Positions 38,973 through 51,138 of a stretch of DNA of 64,000 nucleotides are shown piece after piece. A program made the translations under genes and the position numbers. Each line of letters begins with the position of its first letter. The first letter of the stretch is position 1. This DNA comes from Camelus ferus (lineage: Eukaryota): positions 15,316,001 through 15,380,000 of the forward strand of contig NC_045698.1 in NCBI RefSeq assembly GCF_009834535.1. Reading direction: 5' to 3'. The notes under the pieces are model-generated. The model was not told where the DNA came from. It made no database searches and saw only the letters and a program-made list of their open reading frames with translations.

Positions 38973-40989
38973 ATGGTAAGCTTAAATTTTCTTCATCTCA
39001 AGCACATTTCATACTTTATTTGGTAAAGTTCCTAAGAAGAAAGTTGGCTTGAAAATGTTATCATTATAAAATGACCTTGGTCAGGCTATTACACATGTGA
39101 CATACCAGAATAGGCACTAGAATTTTTCCTAAGGTGATTGAGGTGGTGGTGTGTTACCAACCCTTTGGCATGAGAGAAGTGAGACATGTGGACCTCATCT
39201 GGGAAGGACACTGTCTCACTTCTGGGATACTGGCTTATTTCTAGCGATGCTAATCACCTTTGAATGACGAGCTAACTCTTTTCATCCTTATTCTACTCTG
39301 TCCAAATAACATTATGGTTGTAATTTGGCCTGTGCTTTAGAACTGCTTACTGTGTCTCTAAGTAGGATCAGCTAAGCAAGTTTTCAGGGTCCTCAGTGAG
39401 GGCTGCTAGTCAAGTACATATGCCAATACTAATGTCCACACTTACTGTTTGATGTCCATGATGTATTGATCATTAAATAATTTGAACATTAACAATGTTT
39501 TAAACAGTCTTATTTATCATTTTTAATTATATTTTTTTTGCACCAGGCTCTGTGAATCTGGTTAATATGAATCTGATTGGGAAAGAAGAATGCTCCACAG
39601 CAATCTTCTAAAAATGCAGGATAGTTTTTGACCTAAGATAAAACCCCCAATGAGGCCTCTTGGTAAATTAACTATGGCAAGTAGTATACAACACCCAAAA
39701 CACAAAATGAACTGGTACTGTGAATTCATTTACAACTTTGAACTATGTAATAGTAATAAGTGAATTAATTTAAATCTAAAATATATTCACTACTTAGAAT
39801 TCTATAATTAGATAATTAGAAAATCCTAGAATTGCAAAATATCTTAGAGATCATATTCTAAATCCTTCAATTATTTTTATTTCCTCACATATATAACACT
39901 CTGTAAATACTCAAAGATCATGGTAAATTATCTGTTGGATATTTTTGTGGTTAATTTTTTGTACCCTATGCTTATTCAAAATACAATATTTGACTAATTG
40001 ATACTTACTCCTTAATCCCTCAGGAATAAAACAGGCATAAAAATAATTATAATTGCTTAACACTTATCTTGATTTTATAATGGAAGATAGGCATAGAAAT
40101 ATATTGGAATAAATCAGTGTTCACCATATAAATGTATATATACATAGATCATTTCTATCCTATTTTCCTCAAATGTTCTTTACATATAATTTAATAAAAC
40201 TTTATACCTATGATAGAGGCTTTAACAAAATGTTATATTAATTACTATTTTGAAAGTATTAATATTCTATGATGATTTGTCTCAGATGCCTCTTCTAAGG
40301 AGGCATTTATGCAGGTCAGCTTTTAGCTAATATAGCAAAAAATAATTTTCTGTATGAACGTTTGGAAAACAAATAAATACATTTTAATAAAATATCAAAG
40401 AGTGATAAATAATTTTTAAAAGCTTGGAAAAATTTGAAATTATTTTAAAAAGAGATAACAAATAAAATATTGTTTCTTGGTATTTTATTATTTATTATCT
40501 AGAATTGGAAAATAGCTATTTTTATTTTTGGTATTTTCTTCCACATTTATTGATTGAGGGCAAAATTAGCATATTCAATCATGGGTTTTTTTCCCTATAT
40601 AATAGGGAAGTAAATCTCATTTTCTTTAGTATGGTTGCATATATTTGACATTCTACACATTTTATTCAGGTAAAAAATAATGGTTAACTCTGCTTCCCTT
40701 ATCAATTTATTTTAAGAATCTTGAAATTATAACTTAGATCCAATTTAAATCCAAATCATAAAGTTATATAAGATGGTGTCATACAGTAAGAATAGGAAAG
40801 GTGGAAACAATTATTAGTAATATCATGCCATCCCACTGAAGCAAAGACTATGGAATTCAGACTAGACTCTTAGAATGTAAGACACTATAGAACAATTATA
40901 TTGAAAAATTTTCAGATGTTCTACCACAATCTTTTATTTTTTAAAAATAATGTATAGGTTAAATAAGATTTCTTACTATTTTAGTAACA

Positions 40990-41815
40990 AAGTATATATG
41001 TCACAGGAAACCAATATGTAAGTTTTGGTTGAAATATTAACTTGAATGATATTAGATACCAGAAGGAGCAAAGAGACAGATTATCACAAAAAATGTTCAA
41101 ATTAAGTAAGTTTTGTTTGGATGACTAATCCATAGCAGGAGTATAAAAAGCTCAAATTTTTGGAAATTAACAGAATCTTTATTTATGAAAATATTATTAC
41201 TTTGGAGAAAGCAGTGTGTCTCACTATAGTACCCTACAGTCAGGGGATATAAAAAGGAAAAGTGAGAAGCTAAATTATAGCATCTAGTGTGAAATTGGAA
41301 TTGGAATTGGAGGTACTAGTGTGAACTCATGGTTTTCAAAAGATAGACAGAAAAAAGATAAATATAAATCTGCATGTGTGTGTGTGTGTCTCCATGTTCT
41401 AGCTATGTCCTTTGAAAAAGGGAGAGCTGGGAATATAACTAGCACTGAGAACTTGGACTCTGATTACTTTCAAAACCAGGGGAAATCAAGACTCCTTAAG
41501 AATGGTTATATGTACTTATAATGATACAATAAATATATAAATAGGGAGAGGAAGAAGTCTTTCTTACAGTAAAAGGGCAAATCATAAATTTAAGTCAAAT
41601 GTTGGAATTCAAAAATTGCTATATGGCAACTATGGTAACAATAATTAAATTAGGCACAAAATATAAATGTATTCATAAAGTGTGGATAAAAATTTCATGA
41701 AAAAGAAAATTGCATAATATCAGAATAGTTCCCCTTCTAAAAGCACTTATTAATCACAAAGGGGCAAACAGTTTACAGTGGAGTAAACAATAGAGGGGGG
41801 ACACTACCAACTAAA
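40990..41815 (+). mobile_element. L1MC3/4-like 3'UTR fragment
   Basis: 'aattggaggtactagtgtgaactcatggttttcaa' and 'cttattaatcacaaaggggcaaacagtttacagtggag'. Confidence 0.7.
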
Positions 41816-41939
41816 GAATTAAAAAAAATCTTTCAACAATACTTGTTTTCCATTTTAGTTATTATTTATAAAAGTTCTTAATATATTCTGCATTACCTTA
41901 CATTATATTCTAAAATTTTAAACGTAACTTCAAATAAGT

Positions 41940-43325
41940 CAAATACACTAAATGTAAATGGCCTAAACACCACAAGTGATATAAATTCTCACATTGGATA
42001 GAAGCAAAACCCAACTACATGTTACCTATAATCAGCACACATTACATGTAAAGAAAGACAAGGGATATACAATGCTTTCAATAATCAAAATAAAACTGTT
42101 TATATCAGACAAAGCAGATTTCAGACAGAGATTATAATCATGAATAAAGATGATCATTCATGAAGAAGAAGTGGTCAGTTCATCAAAAACATATAACAAT
42201 TTTAATTGGTTACACACCTTATAACAATACCTTAAAATATATGAACAAAATTGATAGAACTTCACAGAGAAATAGAGAAATCCATAATTATAGTACAAGA
42301 TTTCAACACCCTTTTCTAAATACTTAATAAAACAATAGAACAGAAATTAAGTAAGAACATAGAAGAATTAAACAAAAGTATCAAACAACTTGACTTAATT
42401 GACTAACATAGAATACTCCAAAAATCCAATGTGATAATAATTCTCTCCAAATAATGGAAACAGTGACATGCATAGAATCAACTATATTCTGGGTCACATT
42501 GCAAGGCTCAGTTAATTCAACTAACACAATTTTTCTCTGACCACAATGCAATTATATTAGAAATAAACATCAGAAACGTATCTGGAAAACTTTCTAAATA
42601 TTTGGAAACAAAGTTACATTATTCCATATAACCCATAGATCAAATAAAAGAATAGAAATTAGAAAATATTTTGAGCTTAATGAAAATGAAAATAAGCATA
42701 TAGAAATGTGTTGGCTGCAAGTAAAATAGTACTTAGATATTTTTAGCACGGAACACCTATGATAGAAAAGAAGAAATATCTTTCAGTTTACACCATAATA
42801 AACAAAAACAGAAGAGCAAATAAAACCCAAAGTAAACAAAATAAGTGAAATAGCAAAGAAACTTGGGGAAAGAAAACAAGTAGAAAAAAGAAAATCAATA
42901 GAGAAGCCATAAATTGGTTCCCTGTGAAGATTAAAAAAAAAAAAAGGATAAATCCCTTGGCAGATTGATTAAGGAAAGAAAAAAAGCATGGGAAAAAAGG
43001 ACAAATTGAAAATATATCAAGAATGAGAGAAGTGGTATCACTACAGATTCTACCAAAGATACTAAGGAAATAACATAAACACTTTAATGACAAAAAAATA
43101 TACCTTTGAAAATGGACAAAGGAAAACTCAAAATTCACTCAAAACTAAAAAAAGCTCACTCAAGATGAAATAAATAATATAAATATTTGTATATCGATGA
43201 ATGAAATATAAAGATTAAAGAAATGTTTTTAAAAAATCTTCCTACAAAGAGAACTTGTCCTAAAGAAATTATGATTTCTAAAAACTAAGAAAAAGTGAAA
43301 AAATAGTTTCAAGTTCATTTTTAAC
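41940..43325 (+). mobile_element. Old L1 ORF2 5' region (endonuclease plus linker), decayed
   Basis: aca cta aat gta aat ggc cta aac acc at 41945 encodes TLNVNGLNT (endonuclease N-terminus); 'gatttcaacacc' (DFNT), 'tctgaccacaatgcaatt' (SDHNAI), 'atcactacagattctac'. Confidence 0.88.
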
Positions 43326-43339
43326 ATTCAGATGATTAC

Positions 43340-43720
43340 AAAATAAATACATGAACTACAGTACTCAGTACGTTGGATTATATATAGCAGTGATAATAAA
43401 TTATGTACATAGCATGGAAAAATACAGAGGAATCTCACAGGCATAATGTTGAGTAAAAGAAACCTGAGGCCCTCTACTTGACTTCTAAGTACATTAAATA
43501 TACTAAGTACAAAAACAAGCACAGCTAATTTTACAAGTTGAAAGCCAAGATAATGGTTACCATGGTTAGGCTGGTAGTGACACTGAAGTGCTAGTAATGT
43601 TTATTTCTTTGTCAGAGTGCCCATTACTTAGATGTGTTCTTTTGTCAGCATTAATTTAATACTATACTTAAGACATACACATTTTCCTACATACATATTA
43701 CGTTTCATTTTCAAATATAA
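43340..43720 (+). mobile_element. L1ME/L1MD-like 3' end
   Basis: 'gaatctcacaggcataatgttgagtaaaagaa', 'aagccaagataatggttacc', 'gtgctagtaatgtttatttctt'. Confidence 0.75.
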
Positions 43721-45879
43721 TTATTATGTATTTATCAATAACACCTGACACATTGGGTAGATCAACAAACCAAATTTTTTTTCTGAGAATATTAAGGATT
43801 ATAATTTTATAAAATATAAGCATATTCTTGGGTATATATTCCAAACAGGCAAAGACATTATGAAGTTTCATTTTTCTGACCATAAGTGTCACTTTCACAT
43901 ACGTTACAACAGATTAAATGATGCTCCTGTTGTTCCAAAAGTGCTTTTTCATAAAATTTCCACTAACATGGCACCTTGATACTTTTGTCTTAGAAAAAAA
44001 GAGAGCTAACATAATCTGAAAAACATGGTAGAGATTACAATAACTAAATAAATGTAAATATATTTCTGATAGTCTTATGAAATTTGATTTATTATTGCTC
44101 TGATTAATACATATATGTAATCTTAGGGAAACGTTCATGATGCTAATTTCTTTTAAGTACAAAATACATGACTTGATTACCTCAAGTTTGTTACTATTCT
44201 ACCATAAAAGTAAACAATATTATTGCAAAGTAGTCTTTCTCTTTATTATTTTTTTTAAAGAAAAGTTGTATTTCTACACATATGCTTTTACTCAATATTT
44301 TACTTTTTCTCTCTTGGAACTTTACAATCTAATTCTGGATTAATAATTTACTTGAAACTAAGTTTAGAAGTGGATGAGGCATAAATAATAAAAGAATGAA
44401 TGTTAGTTGATAAATCACAAATATATTAGAAAAAAATAGTGAATGGTTAACTGTATAGCCACATTTTCAACACTCCTGTCAGGTGAGAAATGTATAGTAC
44501 GCCAAAGCAATGATATGCCTTTAATATGCCCTAAAGTGTATCTGTTAAATTACAGCCTGGAATGGAAAAAACGAAGTTAATTATCCCCACCTTGGTGGAA
44601 ATAAATAATGGAAAAACATACTGCTGAAAGATAGTAGATGATCTTAAATCATTAATGAATACGGGGGAGTTTGTAAATAGAACACTTCAATTTGGATGAA
44701 CCACTATTCTGAAACACCAAACTATTTTATCCAAACATCAGATGTGTTACTTCAGAAATACCTTCCCTTGTGGATATTTTGGTCCAGGGGAGAAAACTTA
44801 AATTATTGATTAGATTACTACTAGGCTGTCATTTACAATAGCATCAACTACAGATAAACTATCGTGCTGCAGTGGGGCAGCTTCACATCTCATCTTTAAT
44901 GCCATCAGAACACAGTGCACTTAGGAATCTCACTACACTCAACTTCAAAGATTTATGAGCTTCCAACCCGAATGTGCATTGTGCTTCGAGTATCGTGGGA
45001 AATGAATCAAGCAGTCAACATCATTTACTTGGAATGGCATCAGCATTGATCCACAGGTGAATAGTTGGACCCACTAAAGTGAAAACGTAGATGTTAGAAA
45101 CAGATGTTTTAAGTTTTTAACATGTATTTGTCAACTACCTAGAGGGGAAAAATAATTTTGAAAAAATTTTTAGAGTTAAATTTTTAACTTTTTGAATAAA
45201 TGTAAGTTTGTGGTCTACTAATGTTTGTATAAGTCCCATAAAGCCATGTCATCAAAAACAGCCATCTCCATTTTACACTCATCACTTATTGTTTTACTTA
45301 ATTGTATCTTCTTGGATGTAATGAAGTTCTAATCACCTAAAGGCAGGTTGCCCAGAATGAGTAATAATGCTGATGAAGAAGCATAGTGAAGACTAAGTTT
45401 GCAATGTTGCTATTCCACAGGACCCAAATTAAATGGAAATATTATATTAAACATAAAACTGGGTTATAATTCCAAGTAATTTGTAGACCATCAATTACTT
45501 TAAAAACATTTAGAGTTAGACCATGGTGTCAGCTCTGAGAGCTAGCTTGCTTCCTTGCTTATTTCTAATATAAGTTAAGATTAGAATTCAAAATGACAAA
45601 TGAACTGTGAAAAATATTCTGGTCCAGAAAAAAAATGACATTTTTAAATACAAGTGAAGCATTGGAATGTACAACTTTAAAGTAAAAGACATTAGTAAAT
45701 TAAAATGATTCTAGAAGAAAAATAATTAAAATAAATTGATAAATTAAAATTATATAGTATAAATCAAGAAAGATTTATACATGAAAGGTGTGAGTGTGCC
45801 AGTTTTTGGCATACCAGCATTTAATAGCATAGTTTTAGCTCTGTATTTTGTACTGAAGTGAAGCATGGTAAAAACTTTT

Positions 45880-46700
45880 TATTTATTTTATTTATACAAG
45901 CACAACGGTGTGAATCTATAATTGTGCAATATGTGAGTCTAAGAGCAATTTTATGGATAAAAAATAAACTATAAACCTACTATTTTCTTGCATCAAAATA
46001 AACTCAAGGATAAATAGAGTTTTAAAAAAATCAAACTGTATATCTATAAGAATATATGGGCATTTTTAAAATAAGTAATCTCAAAGTGTGATTTTTTTTC
46101 CTAAAAATAAAAATTATAGAACTGTAAATCCTAATGTTAATGTTTATCATTTTTATTGAATATAAATTTTTTAACCTCTGGAAAACAATGGGAAAATTTA
46201 AAAATCAATCAGACCAACTACCACACAACAGTAAAAAAAAAAAAGAAAGAAAGAAAGAAAGAAAACAAATTATAAACACAATGACAAGTCAAAGTCATTT
46301 AACCAGAGAGAACAGAGTAGGGGCTAATTTGTAGAAAATATAAATGAATAATTAAAGAAGAGCACTCTAATTTAAGAAATATTTAGACATTTTCCTGGAA
46401 AATCTCTCTTATGTATGATAAACACACATACACACAGATACACAAGTGATTATAAAATGTGAAAAAATTCTCAGTCAACAATAATTGGATCTTTGGAAAT
46501 TGAGAAAACAACAATGGAATGTGATTTATACCTATTATATTAGTTTAATTTAAAATGTTTAATAGTACTCTTTGGTGAGAATGAGGCAAAAATGTGTATG
46601 CTTTAGCATTGTTTATAATAACAAAGTCGGAAACAAATATATTAGAAAATCTTCACAACAAAAATGCACATCAACAGTAAGTGTTGCTAAATGAATGGTT
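45880..46700 (+). mobile_element. Very old L1 (L1ME-like) ORF2 3' remnants
   Basis: A-rich, with 'caaaataaactcaaggataaatagag', 'ttggtgagaatgagg', 'agcattgtttataataacaaa'. Confidence 0.5.
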
Positions 46701-46774
46701 TTCAAACCAACCACCCAGATCCTCATGCCTCACATTCTCCAAGCCCTACACTACAGGGCTACAGAATTGTTCCA

Positions 46775-47160
46775 AAAAAAACCAGTCAAATTTATGAAAC
46801 AGAGGGTAGAAAAGTAGTTGTCAGGGGCTGGCAGGTAGGAGAAATAGAAAGAGGTTGGTAAAAGGGTATAAAATTTCAGATATAAGATGAATAAATTCTG
46901 AGGATCTAATGTAAAACGTGGTAACTATAGTTGTCATTACTGTATTTTATTCTTGAAATTGGCTAAGAGAATAAAACTTGCGTGTTCTCACACACATACA
47001 AAAAAGATAAATATGTGAAGTGATGAATATATTAGTTAGCTGAATTGGGAGATCTTTTCACTATATATACATATATCAAATCACCGCAATGTATACTTTA
47101 AATAGCTTATAATTTTGTATGTCAATTATACCTCAATAAAGATGAAATTTTAAAAAAATA
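46775..47160 (+). mobile_element. L1MA9-like 3' end with poly(A) signal
   Basis: 'gaaacagagggtagaaaagtagttgtcaggggctgg', 'ataagatgaataaattctgaggatctaatgta', 'tgtcaattatacctcaataaag'. Confidence 0.9.
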
Positions 47161-47734
47161 CAAGAGGGTTAATTATACATTCTGTTGGTATAACAGCTTC
47201 CTGTGCATAAAATATAATTTACCTGGTGAATTAATTATGCAAATACTTGTTTCAACACATACAGTTATTTTAGTGGCTTTCATTACCTACTTGCCAAGAA
47301 AAATTAATATGAATTTTACATTCCAAGAGAAATGAGAAATAGTTTGGCACAACTGGGTATATGATTTAATAATCATTACAAAAGACTGATAGATATTTCA
47401 GCCTTGGTGTTGAAAATGGGAGCGTTAATGCTAATGATAGCGTTAGTTTATGCTTTGAGCTCTGTGAGTCGTTCATCAGTTGATACTGATGAAAATTTAA
47501 TTTATCTTTGAGACATGCTTTGCTGTGAAAACTTGATTATAAATATCTTCTTTTTCAAGCTGTACTCATAGTTGAATCTGAAGGCAAGTGAATTGTACTT
47601 AAGTGTGTATAGATCAATGTATTCCTAATTCTGTGTTTGAGAACCATGTAAATAAATAACAAATGAATTTAGATATCATATACTCTCTGGCATTCTGCAA
47701 TTATTTAAAAAATTATAGACAGAAAGGGCATTGT

Positions 47735-48256
47735 TTGTGGTGGATGGACAGTGCTATAAGTTCTTTGCTTTTTTTCCATCGAACAGTAGAGTTTATTTGG
47801 TCTTCTTTGAATGTAAACTGGCCAGTTACCACTTTGACCAGTAGAGGTATGGCCGAATGACTCTGCCTGTTTTGGGCCAGTGTTTAATAGGACTAGCAGT
47901 TTCTGCTTTGGAATCTTGGAATCCTAAGAGGTCATATAAAAAGTCTGATAACCCTAAAGGAAAGATGCATGGGAAGCTATGCTTAGAAAGGGCGGGGGGG
48001 GAGGGTGCCCACTGAGCCCCCCCTTCAGGTCATCCTGCAAATGTCCTGGGGTTATATGTGGTGTCATCTTAGACTACTCCTGACCAGAGATGCTCCCAGC
48101 TGAGCATTACCTAAAACCCTACTTTACTCCATGTGAAGCTGAGCCATCCCTCAGGTGAAATCCTGCCGCACAAAATCTTCAAATGTAGCAACATGATATT
48201 ATTTAATCCACCAATTTGTATGATAGGTTTTTACATAGTACTGGATAACTGGGACA
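47735..48256 (+). mobile_element. MLT1F/G/H-like MaLR solo LTR
   Basis: 'tttccatcgaacagtagagtttatt', 'ctttgaccagtagaggtatggc', ends 'ggataactgggaca'. Confidence 0.8.
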
Positions 48257-49019
48257 CTGTTTCACGATCTTATGACATAAATTGAATTTTCTACCTAGGA
48301 TTTTGTTCAGTTATATCTCAACAATACATTACAAAGTTACTCAAAATTATGTAAATGCGCAAACTTACAAAATTGAGGAAAAACAAAAACTCAAACATCT
48401 CCCCAAAGTAAAAGAAATTTTAGTTCCATATTGATTCCTATAAATGCATGTGTCTAGTTACAGAGCGCTTTTGTGGTCAAGAGAGGGGGAAAGTCCTTTA
48501 TATTAGACTTAGATAGACTAAACAATTCTTTAAACGTAGCTCAGAATTCTCTCAAATCTCAGCTGATTGAACTGTAAAACAATTGCTTCAAACATACATT
48601 TTTTTTTCTTCTTTGGTGAAGGAAAATATCTGGCAGAAGTTCAGCGAGCAATCAAATACTGCTCCTAGACAACCAGGAGACAAGACGAAATTTTCCTTTC
48701 AGCCAGAGACAAAATAAATATTGCAAAAATCAAAGTAAATCACATGATGCATGATAGATGGGAACTAAAAGTTGCCTCTCTGTAAAATCTATCTCATTGG
48801 TTGACTTCAGAGCCTTAATTAAGAGTGAGTAAAAAGAAGTTTCTCTTTGCACTGGAGATAGAAAACCTTTTCAGATGGATGTGTAACCACTGCATAATGG
48901 CCATTTTTGCTTTTATGACAAATTGTTCCCTGGACATAAGTGACATCTATTGTGTTTGTTGGTTCTCTCGAAAATACAAATGGAATCATCTTCTGCATCC
49001 TCAATCTATCTAGAGGGTT

Positions 49020-49275
49020 ATTGGGGGAGTGATTCAGACCTTGGCATTCAGAGCCTGACTGCTTGAGTTAGAATACCACCACAATTCTTTGCTATGTGTC
49101 CTTAGAGAAGTTATCTTTCTGTGCCTCAGTTTTCTCCTCTATTAAAGGCTTATCCTCCTGTCTGAGGGTCAGTGGGAAACAGCAGTGTATGATTTACTAC
49201 ATGATAAGTACTTACAAAAGTGTTTGATGTAAAGTCAGTGCTCAGCAATTGTTAGCCATCATTATCGTCATTATT
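49020..49275 (+). mobile_element. MIR SINE, near full length
   Basis: 'gctatgtgtccttagagaagttatctttctgtgcctcagttttctcctct...gtgctcagcaattgttagccatcattat'. Confidence 0.82.
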
Positions 49276-49279
49276 ATGT

Positions 49280-49920
49280 TCAGATTTTTTCTATTCACAA
49301 AATATATTTTTTGTTTAAATGTCTATGATGATGCCTCACTTTAATGGTAATATTCTATTATTAATATATCCAATGGATATATATCTAAGGGTTTAAAAGA
49401 TTTTAAAATATATAAATATTTAATCTCACTTTTTAAATACTTTTCAATATAAATTCTTGTCATTTGGATTCTGGTGTCAAAGGGCATGCATAATTTTAGA
49501 AATGTTGGCACATATGGAAAATACACCCTCTAGAAAATGTGCAGTGTTTATACTTCCTGCAATGTATGAGGGTTTCATTCCAGGATAGTTTCTAAAACTA
49601 GATAATATCAGGCTTGCTATTCTTTTAACAGGAACAATTAAAAATAGATACTTTATTTTTGCATTTAAAAACAGAAATTTGTAGTGAGATTGATGTGTGT
49701 TTATTGAAGATTTGAATTTATTAATTTTTGAACCAACAGATCATGTGTTTTTTTTCCCATTTTCACTTTTGGATTTTATAAAAGTGATGTGTCAAGGGTA
49801 TAAAACCAATCTAAAGCTAGTAATGAATTTTGTATCCTACAGCCAGAAAATTGATAATAACTTATTTGAAAATATTCCATTTTCAAATTAAGAAAAATTG
49901 TATTTCGTATAATGTAGTAT
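49280..49920 (-). mobile_element. L1ME-like degraded fragments
   Basis: 'ttggattctggtgtcaaagggcatgcataatttta' and 'tttatacttcctgcaatgtatgagggtt'. Confidence 0.55.
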
Positions 49921-50051
49921 TCTAAGACTTGGTTGTTTATTTGCTATCCTTTTAAACAATTACGGCCTAGTTTATTTTGGAAAACTTTTGTCTTTCCTGG
50001 ACAACAATAAGTCTTCAAATGAAGGAAAGTATCTACTTCTTTACTGAAATA

Positions 50052-50530
50052 GCAACTTTATTGGTAAATCATTTATGTACAATAAACTTTACCTATTTAA
50101 AGTGTACAGTTTAATGCATTTTGGCATTTGTGTGCACCCTTGACATCACTACTACAGCCAAGAAGCAGAACAAAACCAACCCAGAAAATTTAATTGGGTC
50201 TCTTTGCAGCTCATCTCATCCAGTCCTTTTGCTCCAGGAAACCCTGATCTACTTTTTTCACTATAGATATATTTATATTCCATAGCATTTTATGCAAATA
50301 AAATCACATATTAGTTTCTTTGACTGAGCATAATTATTTTGAAATGTATTTATGTTGCTGTTTAGATGCAGTAGTTTATTCCTTTTTATTGCTGAAAAGC
50401 ATTCCATTGTCTGGCTAGACAGCATTTTATTTATCCGTTCACCCATTGATAGACATTTGGTTTCTTTCCAGTTTGAGACTATTATGAATGGAGCTGCTAT
50501 GAACATTCACGTGCAGATTTGTGTATGAAA
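50052..50530 (-). mobile_element. L1MB7/8-like 3' end
   Basis: 'aaagtgtacagtttaatgcattttggca', 'ttcctttttattgctga', 'gctgctatgaacattcacgtgcag'; ORF 50273-50506(-) MFIAAPFIIVSNWKETKC resembles the L1 ORF2 C-terminus. Confidence 0.9.
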
Positions 50531-50583
50531 ATCCATAAAATATTTTCTTAGAGATTTAAAACCCACTTCTTTAAAAACCCCAA

Positions 50584-50765
50584 TCAGTGTTTTCCAATGT
50601 GCTGCCCTGAGCCAATAGACATCAGAATTATCCTGTTAGTTATTTAAAAATCTTAGATGAATAATTAAACCCAATAAACAGAACTGTAATTAGAATTTGT
50701 AGAAGAATCTGCACTTTAAAAACTGTACAAATGAATCTAGCTTACACTACAACTTCAGAACTATT
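50584..50765. mobile_element. MER5A/B-like hAT MITE (degraded)
   Basis: 'cagtgttttccaatgtg...catcagaattatcctg...gaatctgcactttaaaaa...aacttcagaactatt'. Confidence 0.55.
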
Positions 50766-50971
50766 AAGAGAGATATTCTAAATCTTCTGTTAAATCATGC
50801 TGATCATCACATAGCAGGACACAGACATTTTCCTCCATAAAATTGCTGTCTCAAAATACATTTTGTAATTGTGCAATTGAACTATTTTAACAATATTATA
50901 GTTGTACCTAGAAAACTTTATTGTGTTTATAACAAGAATTTGTTGAACATGTCATATAAAGTTACAAAGAA

Positions 50972-51138
50972 TTTTAATTTTTTTTAATTTTATGTTTGCT
51001 TTGAGAAGGTAATTAGGTCTATTAATTAATTAATTATCAGTTTTATGTATTTATGTACTTATTTATTTTAGTGGATGTGCTAGAGATTAAACCCATGACC
51101 TCGAGCATGCTAAGCACGCACTAAGCTATACCCTCCTC
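50972..51138 (-). mobile_element. tRNA-Ala-derived camelid SINE (Vic-1 type)
   Basis: Reverse complement reads GAGGAGGGTATAGCTTAGTG..CGTGCTTAGCATGCTCGAGGTCATGGGTTTAATCTCTAGCAC, then AT-rich repeats, 'acctaattacct' and an A tail; A/B boxes damaged. Confidence 0.85.

Noticed and set aside
47472..47493. 9-bp hairpin ttcatcagt/actgatgaa (similar one at 56635-56658)
   Set aside because: Stems of this length are expected by chance in 64 kb
51070..51138. tRNA-Ala-like sequence
   Set aside because: SINE head with a deletion and broken A/B boxes, not a tRNA gene
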